A stretch of DNA of 64,000 nucleotides, taken from positions 672,001 to 736,000 of the forward strand of contig CBDCGL010000011.1 of the NCBI GenBank assembly GCA_965216755.1. Reading direction: 5' to 3'. Source of the stretch: Alphaproteobacteria bacterium. Its GTDB lineage: Bacteria; Pseudomonadota; Alphaproteobacteria; UBA7887. Position numbers and translations under genes: made by a program. Below, in pieces: positions 57,212-64,000 of the stretch (its first letter is position 1; the number at the start of each line of letters is the position of its first letter). A model generated the notes under the pieces. The model ran no database searches. It was not told the DNA's origin and worked only from the letters and a program-made list of their open reading frames with translations.

Positions 57212-59410
57212 CTAGGCGGCACTCAGATCCACATCCATCAATGGGAACTGTCGAATGCGCTTGCCCGTGGCAGCGAAAATCGCGTTGAGCACGGCCGGGG
57301 CCGCGACGGCTATCGTCGGTTCACCGACTCCGCCCCAAAAACCGCCGGATGGCATCACGATGGCCTCGACGTCAGGCATTTCCGCAATGCGCATCGACTG
57401 GTACGTGTCGAAATTCTCTTGTTCGATGCGTCCACCCTTAACGGTGCAGCCGCCGTAAAACAGAGCGGATAATCCATAGACGAAGGAGCCTTCTATCTGG
57501 GCCTCGATCTGCTGCGGATTGACCGCGTGGCCGGGATCTGTCGCGGCAACAATGCGGTGCACCTTGAGCGTGCCTTCCGCGTCAATGGAGATCTCCGCGC
57601 ACGCCGCAAGATAGCTCGCGAATGTATTGCAGGCGGCAAGGCCGCGATACACACCCTCCGGCGTCGGTGTGTCCCATCCCACGCGTTCGGCCACCGCGTT
57701 CAACACCGCAAGCGCCTGGGGGTGGTTTGCCATCAACTTTTGGCGAAACGCGAGTGGATCCTTACCAGCCGCGTGCGCCAACTCGTCCATGAAGCACTCA
57801 AGATAGATAGCGTTCTGGTTTATGTTGACCCCGCGCCAGAAACCCGGCGGCACATGCGGATTACGCATCGCGTGGTCCGCCAGCAAGTTGGGAATGGTAT
57901 AGACGATCGCGTGATCACCGCCGGGCAGAAGGCCCTGAAACGTGATCGGATCGGCACCGTCCTCGCGCAGCCGCGCCGGTCTGACCGCGGCCAGGATGGA
58001 CTGCCCTGAAATGCGGATATGCAGGCCGACCAGATCACCATTTTCGTCGAGACCGCCTTCCAATCGCGCTTGCGTGACCGGATGATAATGGCCGTGCAGC
58101 ATATCTTCTTCGCGCGACCACAGGAGCTTGACCGGGGTACCCGCCATTTGCTTCGCGATCAAAACGGCCTGGCGGACGAAGTCATGGAAGGCACCCCGCC
58201 TGCCAAAGCCGCCGCCCAAATGAATTTTGTAAACGTCGCATTGGCTCACCGGCAGTTCCGCTGCCTCGGCGGCCACGGCCAATGCGGCTTCGCCGTTTTG
58301 CGTCGGGCACCAGACCTGGCATTTTTCCGAAGTCCAAACCGCCGTCGCATTCATCGGTTCCATGGTGGCGTGGTTTTGGTACGGGTACCCATAGACCGCT
58401 TCGATCTTTTGCGAGGCCCCTGCAATTGCGGCCTTGGCGTCGCCGCTTTCGTTGCCGACAAAGGCTTCTTCTGCGGTCAAACCCTCCTTCAGGAATGCCG
58501 CAATCGATTCGTTTGAAACGTCGGCGTTGGGACCGTTATCCCACCGAATAGGCAACGCATCCAAAGCCGTTTTCGCGCGCCACCAAGTGTCCGCCACCAC
58601 CGCGACCGCGTTGTCGTCAACCCGGACAACCGCGTGCACGCCAGGCATGGACAAAACCGCACTATCGTCGAAAGACTCGACGGTTCCGCCAAAAACGGGG
58701 CACGCTTTGATGGCTGCGGTCAGCATGCCCGGCAATTTCAGATCGGCGCCGTAGACCTGTTTGCCGGTCAGCTTGTCGCGCGTGTCGAGCCGCTTCAGTG
58801 GTTTGCCTGCGATCTTCCAGTCCTTTGGATCCTTTAAGGCGACTTCAAGCGGCGGCGACAACGCGGCGGCGGCGGTTGCGACTTGGCCATAGGTCGTTGC
58901 CCTGCCGCTGGAGCTATGCGTAATCACACTTGCCGATGCGGTACATTCCGCGGCGGAGACGCCCCATTCGCTCGCGGCCGCTTCGATCAGCATCAGGCGC
59001 GCGGCCGCGCCGCCCTCGCGAACATATTGATGGCTTTGACGAATACCCCGACTGCCGCCGGTCGAGAAGCTCTGCCAAATGCGATCGCGCGCCAAGTTCT
59101 CGCCGGGCGTCGGATATTCAGTGGCCACCTTTGCCCAATCGCAATCGAGTTCCTCGGCCACCAGCTGCGCCAATCCGGTCAAGGTGCCCTGGCCCATCTC
59201 TGAACGCGCGATTCTGACGACGACCGTGTCATCTGGTTTGACCACCACCCACGCGTTGATTTCGGGTGTTTGGTCGCCGGCGATCGCGCCAGACTTCGTG
59301 CCAGGCAGCGAGAAACCGATCGATAGCCCGGCGCCCGTCGCGGCGGCACCGATGACAAATCCGCGGCGTGTCAGGGAGAGGGAGCGGTTCATTTTTTCGG
59401 CCTCCTTCAC
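57212..59410 (-). CDS. iorB: Tat-exported molybdopterin hydroxylase large subunit (isoquinoline 1-oxidoreductase beta-like)
   Basis: TRRGFV Tat motif, RSEMGQG, TGGSRGI, LGGGFGRR, FWRGV, VNPQQIEAQIEG, GGVGEP; GTGA overlap with iorA. Confidence 0.88.
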   Translation of the reverse strand: MKEAEKMNRSLSLTRRGFVIGAAATGAGLSIGFSLPGTKSGAIAGDQTPEINAWVVVKPDDTVVVRIARSEMGQGTLTGLAQLVAEELDCDWAKVATEYPTPGENLARDRIWQSFSTGGSRGIRQSHQYVREGGAAARLMLIEAAASEWGVSAAECTASASVITHSSSGRATTYGQVATAAAALSPPLEVALKDPKDWKIAGKPLKRLDTRDKLTGKQVYGADLKLPGMLTAAIKACPVFGGTVESFDDSAVLSMPGVHAVVRVDDNAVAVVADTWWRAKTALDALPIRWDNGPNADVSNESIAAFLKEGLTAEEAFVGNESGDAKAAIAGASQKIEAVYGYPYQNHATMEPMNATAVWTSEKCQVWCPTQNGEAALAVAAEAAELPVSQCDVYKIHLGGGFGRRGAFHDFVRQAVLIAKQMAGTPVKLLWSREEDMLHGHYHPVTQARLEGGLDENGDLVGLHIRISGQSILAAVRPARLREDGADPITFQGLLPGGDHAIVYTIPNLLADHAMRNPHVPPGFWRGVNINQNAIYLECFMDELAHAAGKDPLAFRQKLMANHPQALAVLNAVAERVGWDTPTPEGVYRGLAACNTFASYLAACAEISIDAEGTLKVHRIVAATDPGHAVNPQQIEAQIEGSFVYGLSALFYGGCTVKGGRIEQENFDTYQSMRIAEMPDVEAIVMPSGGFWGGVGEPTIAVAAPAVLNAIFAATGKRIRQFPLMDVDLSAA

Positions 59411-59862
59411 GTCTTGTTTCCGGCGGCCAAGTGAATCCCGCGCCGAACCCGGTTAAAAGTGCCGCAGCGGCAGATGTTGGTGATTTCCGCGTTGATATCT
59501 TCGTCAGTCGGACTTGGTGTCTTTTCCAGAAATGCCGCCACCGCCATGATCATGCCGGTTTGGCAGTATCCGCATTGGGGCACGTCCAGCTCTGCCCACG
59601 CCTGTTGGACTGGATGGTTGCCGTCCGCGGAAAGCCCCTCAATCGTGACGATTTCCTCATTTTCCGTGAGTGCGTCAGCGGGCATAACGCAAGAGCGTAC
59701 GGCTTCACCATCGATATGCACGGTGCAGGCGCCACATTGCGCGATACCGCAACCGTATTTGGCGCCTGTGAGATCCAAGTGATCCCTGAGCACCCAGAGT
59801 AGAGGGGTGCCCGCGTCCACGGTCACATCTACGATCTGTCCGTTCACCTTTAATTTGGCCAC
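59407..59862 (-). CDS. iorA: [2Fe-2S] subunit (isoquinoline 1-oxidoreductase alpha-like)
   Basis: PLLWVLRD, KYGCGIAQCGACTVH, VPQCGYCQ, NICRCGT; GGGAG RBS. Confidence 0.9.
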   Translation of the reverse strand: MAKLKVNGQIVDVTVDAGTPLLWVLRDHLDLTGAKYGCGIAQCGACTVHIDGEAVRSCVMPADALTENEEIVTIEGLSADGNHPVQQAWAELDVPQCGYCQTGMIMAVAAFLEKTPSPTDEDINAEITNICRCGTFNRVRRGIHLAAGNKT

Positions 59863-60376
59863 GTCTTAAATCTCCCTCTGCGCAACGGACCACAGCACAT
59901 GCGTTTGCCCGTTGATGCGGCGCGCGATGACAACAAGGCTCACCAGCCAATCAGGGTGCTGAGTCGCTCGATATAGCTCGGGTCCGCGCACGATCCGATT
60001 GCGAAGCTTGCTCGATACACAATACAACCTTGGCGCAAACTGGAAAATCACCGAAAAGTTGAGACCTGTATCGATTTTATATGTGCATCGGTGATGAGAT
60101 TCATTGAACGCAGTACGGTGTCAGTCCGAGTTTGGATCAATTGCATCAAGATGCGCGGACGGCCGACCGAGAAATTCAGTGGTAGATAGGGTACTGCTCC
60201 GACGAGTTCATCGGGCGGCGCATTTCTCGTTCGCGCTTTCGCATGGCCAGGTAAACATTGAGTTCCATTTCACGATGAATACGATGGGTCGCACGTTCTT
60301 TTGACCTGTTGTGGATCGCCCTAGAATTATTAAGGACGCTTCTTAATCTGCCGCACGCTCGGAAATCGGGTGAAGG

Positions 60377-61909
60377 TTGCGGCCAAACGTGGGGACCGGC
60401 GGCTTGTTTCGATACTTAATGCTATGCCTGATATTGCTTGCCGGAAGTGGGATTCATATCGCTGCGGCCGCCGATAATCTGCGGCCGTTGATACCGCTTA
60501 ATGAAAATGACGTCTGGCGCCCGGGCGAAGGCAACTACGCGGGCGAATTTAACCGTTGGCTATGGGAAAACTTTGGTGCGCCGCGGCCCATCAGCCATGC
60601 GGTGCCAGAAGCCGTGTCGGCGGACATGGCGACGACGTTCTCAAACAGCGATCAAGCTTTTTCCGCACCGCTGATCAGCCTTGGACCCAATGATCTGCGG
60701 GCTTTTGCATTCGGTCGCCATTTGTTTCGTCGCAACTGGGTCAGTGCCCCAGCGGCCCTTGAGAACCTCGATGGCCTTGGACCGACGTTCAATCGACGCT
60801 CCTGTGTTGGGTGTCATACGCGGGATGGTCGCGGTCGGCCTCCGAGCGCGGCGGATGAGCCCATGAATTCGATGTTGGTGCGGGTCAGCCTGCCAGGCAC
60901 GGATGTTCGTGGTGGCCCGGCGCCACATCCACTTTACGGCACACAATTGCAGGACAAAGCGGTTGGCGGTGTTCCCACGGAGGGACGCGTCACGATCCGG
61001 TACCGCGAGATCGCGGGAACATTCGCGGATGGAGAGCCGTATTCCCTGCGCGCGCCGATCTATACTTTTGCCGAGCTCAGATATGGGCCAATCGGTGACG
61101 ATGTGCTGTATTCGCCGCGTGTGGCGCCAGCAGTTTATGGTCTCGGGCTCCTCGAAGCGATCGATCAAGCGACGATCGAAGCGGCCGCTGATCCCGAAGA
61201 TGCCGACGGTGACGGCATATCGGGAAAAGTAAACCGAGTTTGGGATCCCGTATCAGGTAAAACCGAATTGGGTCGGTTCGGTTGGAAGGCGAATACCGCC
61301 AACCTTCGCACGCAGGTTGCCGCCGCGGCAGCTGGTGATTTGGGAATTACGACCTCTGTTTTTCCGGGGAACAACTGTCCGCCCGTGCAGAACGCTTGCG
61401 TGGATGCTCCGGCCGGAGGCGATCCGGAATTAGACGATGCCGGCCTTGAAAAGTTGGTTCTATACGCGCGCTCTCTCGGTGTGCCCGCCCGGCGCAATGT
61501 GGTCGCGCCCGAGGTACGACGTGGTGCCGAAATGTTCGAGGACGCCGGATGCACGGGTTGCCACGCGCCACAACACACGACCGGTGCCAGTCCAGCCGTC
61601 CCCGAGCTCGCCGAACTGATAATTTATCCGTACACCGACCTTCTGCTGCACGACATGGGCGAGGGGTTGGCCGATGGGCGACCCGACTTCGAGGCGTCTG
61701 GCAGCGAATGGCGCACGCCAGCACTCTGGGGCATCGGATTGGTCGAGCGTGTCAATATGCACCAGAACTTCCTGCACGACGGACGCGCGCGCGGTCTGAT
61801 GGAGGCTGTGCTTTGGCATGGAGGTGAAGCTGCGGCTGCGCGCGACGCGGTTCTGGCCATGCCCAAGACCGATCGCGACGCCTTGGTCTCTTTTCTCGAG
61901 TCGCTTTAA
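60377..61909 (+). CDS. Exported di-heme oxidoreductase (DHOR/DUF1111-like)
   Basis: DGLGPTFNRRSCVGCH, GLGLLEAI, DGDGISG, GRFGWKA, CTGCH, YTDLLLHDMG, WRTPALWG, HDGRAR, WHGGEA. Confidence 0.9.
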   Translation: MRPNVGTGGLFRYLMLCLILLAGSGIHIAAAADNLRPLIPLNENDVWRPGEGNYAGEFNRWLWENFGAPRPISHAVPEAVSADMATTFSNSDQAFSAPLISLGPNDLRAFAFGRHLFRRNWVSAPAALENLDGLGPTFNRRSCVGCHTRDGRGRPPSAADEPMNSMLVRVSLPGTDVRGGPAPHPLYGTQLQDKAVGGVPTEGRVTIRYREIAGTFADGEPYSLRAPIYTFAELRYGPIGDDVLYSPRVAPAVYGLGLLEAIDQATIEAAADPEDADGDGISGKVNRVWDPVSGKTELGRFGWKANTANLRTQVAAAAAGDLGITTSVFPGNNCPPVQNACVDAPAGGDPELDDAGLEKLVLYARSLGVPARRNVVAPEVRRGAEMFEDAGCTGCHAPQHTTGASPAVPELAELIIYPYTDLLLHDMGEGLADGRPDFEASGSEWRTPALWGIGLVERVNMHQNFLHDGRARGLMEAVLWHGGEAAAARDAVLAMPKTDRDALVSFLESL

Positions 61910-61987
61910 ACAAGGCGAAGTCGAGTTTCCGGTAACTATGTGCCGCCGAGCCCATGGTCTACAGTATCGGTAAGGCGCCAAGCGCGA

Positions 61988-62608
61988 CTACGTCCTCGCC
62001 GGAATAAGTGCATCGTCGATTTCGGTGGCACGGCGATAGGCATGTCGATCGCTGACGCGCGCCCAATAGGTTTCAAAGCAGGGGCGCTTCTCGACCGATT
62101 CAAAATGCATGCCCCAACCGATGTGAAATCCCACATAGATATCGGCCGCGGAAAACTGATCTCCGGCGATATATGGCCTCCCCTCGACAGCTTGTGCCAG
62201 CGTGTCCATTACATTTTCGAATCTACCGTAACCAGCCATGCGTTCTTTTTCGGGTGGAACGTCGAAACCCAAGGCACGATTGGTAATCGCGGCCTCCAAC
62301 GGACCCGCGGCAAAAAATAGCCAGCGATAGTACGGTCCGCGGGAACCCTGCGGCGGCGCCAGCTCGGCTTCGGGAAAGGCATCGGCCAGATAGGCACAGA
62401 TCGCGGGGCATTCCGTGACGACCATATCATTGTGACGAATGGTTGGAACCTTGCCCATGGGATTGATAGCCAGATAAGGAGGAGCCTTCATTGTCGTGCC
62501 GTATTCGAGCAGCTCCGTGCGATACGAACAGCCGACTTCTTCGAGCATCCAACGAACGATGCGACCGCGTGACATGGGGTTTGTATAGAATAACAGGTCG
62601 TCTGACAT
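61988..62608 (-). CDS. Glutathione S-transferase family protein
   Basis: YTNPMSRGRIVRWMLEE, INPMGKVP, ECPAICAYLAD, FSAADIY. Confidence 0.93.
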   Translation of the reverse strand: MSDDLLFYTNPMSRGRIVRWMLEEVGCSYRTELLEYGTTMKAPPYLAINPMGKVPTIRHNDMVVTECPAICAYLADAFPEAELAPPQGSRGPYYRWLFFAAGPLEAAITNRALGFDVPPEKERMAGYGRFENVMDTLAQAVEGRPYIAGDQFSAADIYVGFHIGWGMHFESVEKRPCFETYWARVSDRHAYRRATEIDDALIPART

Positions 62609-62706
62609 TGCCGCCCAATTTCAAATATGAGTGTGGCACTTTATCGCGGATTATCTGGTATAGAGCTTTCGATAACTGTCGCGCGATCGAGATTTCTAGA
62701 CCGTGC

Positions 62707-63471
62707 TCAATGGTTCCACCATGGCAGGTCCGAAAACGAGCGCAGGTCCAATTCGTGGGTCCAGACCGAGCGATGCTGTTGGGCGATATGAAAGTATGTC
62801 TCGGCAATTTTTTCCGGCAGCAATAGCCCGTCGTGTTCCATGCCGCGTTCTTCGCGCAGCTTTTGGAATTGCTCCGGTCCGAGCATGCGCCCTAAGGTAT
62901 CCGGCGCGTCGACCGCGCCGTCGATGATGATATGCGCGATGTGAATCCCCTTCGGAGCGAATTCCGCATTGAGCGACTGGCAAAGCATGCGCCGTCCACC
63001 CATCGCTGCGGCGTGTGAATGCTGCGCCTTGTTGCCCCGGACCGCGGCGGTCGACGATGTCACCAAAATGGTTCCTCTGCCCCGCGCCTCCATGAGCGGG
63101 CAGGCCGTTGCGGCGACGCGAAACAAGGCGAATGTCGCCATGCGCCAACCCCGCTCGAATATTTTGTAGCTGGTGTCAGATAGAGCGCGGTCACCGACCT
63201 GCGCGCCGAGATTGAATACGACCACTTCGATGGGACCAATCTCCGCCTCGACCGCGGCAACGCGTTCCTCGATGCTGTTGGGTTCCACCGCATTCAGCAA
63301 GTAGCCGGACGCCGCACCGCCTTCGCTTTCGATGCCGTCTACAAGCCGTTTCAGTCCGTCTTGGTCAGTGCGGCGACAAAGAACAGCATGATAACCTTCG
63401 CGTGCGAACCGTTTTCCGACAGTGCCGCCAATGCCGGCGCCGGCGCCGATAACCAAACAAACAGGTTTCAT
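62707..63471 (-). CDS. Short-chain dehydrogenase/reductase
   Basis: IGAGAGIGG, FNLGAQ, HIIIDGAVD, WTHELDLR; lacks the canonical YxxxK (HAAAM). Confidence 0.88.
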   Translation of the reverse strand: MKPVCLVIGAGAGIGGTVGKRFAREGYHAVLCRRTDQDGLKRLVDGIESEGGAASGYLLNAVEPNSIEERVAAVEAEIGPIEVVVFNLGAQVGDRALSDTSYKIFERGWRMATFALFRVAATACPLMEARGRGTILVTSSTAAVRGNKAQHSHAAAMGGRRMLCQSLNAEFAPKGIHIAHIIIDGAVDAPDTLGRMLGPEQFQKLREERGMEHDGLLLPEKIAETYFHIAQQHRSVWTHELDLRSFSDLPWWNH

Positions 63472-63478
63472 GTGTTCG

Positions 63479-64000
63479 TCAATCCTTCCCAAAGACTGTC
63501 AAACTGGTGCGGTTTGCTGCGATGAAGTCCCAATCGTAGTTAACCCCCAGGCCGGGGCCCTCTGGCACTGGCACGCACCCGTCTGATCCAATGCAATCGA
63601 GTTGGTCGGAGTAGCCGCACGCATAGACCGGCGGCACCGCATTTGGGCAATCCGGCCCGACCAGTGCAACCTCATAGAAATTTGTGTTGCGCATAGCCGC
63701 CATGACGTGGCGGTGCGCTGGGCCGCTGGCATGCACTTCGACATCGACACCAAAGGCTTCGCCGAGATGGGCGATTTTCATGCAGCCCGTGATGCCCATG
63801 TCATATTCGGGATCGGATCGGAGGAAGTCGGTTCCGCCCGCGACCAAGAAATCCGCTTTCGGTTCGACGCCCCTGACGTGTTCGGTTTGCAGCAATGGCG
63901 TCCGGATCATTTCGCGCAATTTCTTGTGTGCGAAAGCAGAAACTCCGGAATCGCGAAATGGATCCTCGTACCAGAAATATCCGCCTTCATCGCATGCACG
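63479..64000 (-). CDS. Mandelate racemase/muconate lactonizing enzyme family protein, C-terminal part (runs off window end)
   Basis: Frame is open to 64000: FWYEDP, TEH, GITGCMKIAHLGEAFG, VPEGPGLGVNYDW. Confidence 0.88.
   Translation of the reverse strand, partial: RACDEGGYFWYEDPFRDSGVSAFAHKKLREMIRTPLLQTEHVRGVEPKADFLVAGGTDFLRSDPEYDMGITGCMKIAHLGEAFGVDVEVHASGPAHRHVMAAMRNTNFYEVALVGPDCPNAVPPVYACGYSDQLDCIGSDGCVPVPEGPGLGVNYDWDFIAANRTSLTVFGKD

Noticed and set aside
1-64000. CRISPR array, prophage or anti-phage defence genes
   Set aside because: No regularly spaced repeats and no cas, phage or recognisable defence genes seen.

Overview
GC-rich alphaproteobacterial chromosomal window (lineage inferred from gene content) with about 50 protein genes and one tRNA-Pro(CGG). 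I saw no integrase, transposase or CRISPR array. Left to right: the end of an exopolysaccharide locus, assorted hydrolases, a decaying hydrolase/LuxR pair, a triple-PAS soluble chemoreceptor, tRNA-Pro, surface-glycan genes, a CreBC-like two-component operon, a MarR unit, a membrane J-protein, ibpA with a sigma32 promoter and ROSE thermometer, an E1 alpha/beta fusion with an ADP-forming acyl-CoA ligase, orphan TadE/TadG with a GGDEF-EAL gene, and a TetR-linked hydantoinase/Mo-hydroxylase cluster. Two systems stand out. (1) A translationally coupled iorA-iorB-soxX-soxY*-soxZ-soxA operon joins a Tat-exported molybdoenzyme to a Sox module whose SoxY ends TLAACVDLI instead of GGCGG; soxB/C/D are absent from the window. 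(2) A non-canonical chaperone-usher pilus locus has five DUF4402-like pilins and an usher-like protein fused to a SPOR domain. Direct reading also found two copies of a ~90 bp MITE/REP-like element, paired TetR and MarR operator palindromes, CRP-type boxes and a cre-tag-like repeat. All family calls come from motif recognition by eye, not database searches, and several starts were adjusted by hand from RBS or overlap evidence.
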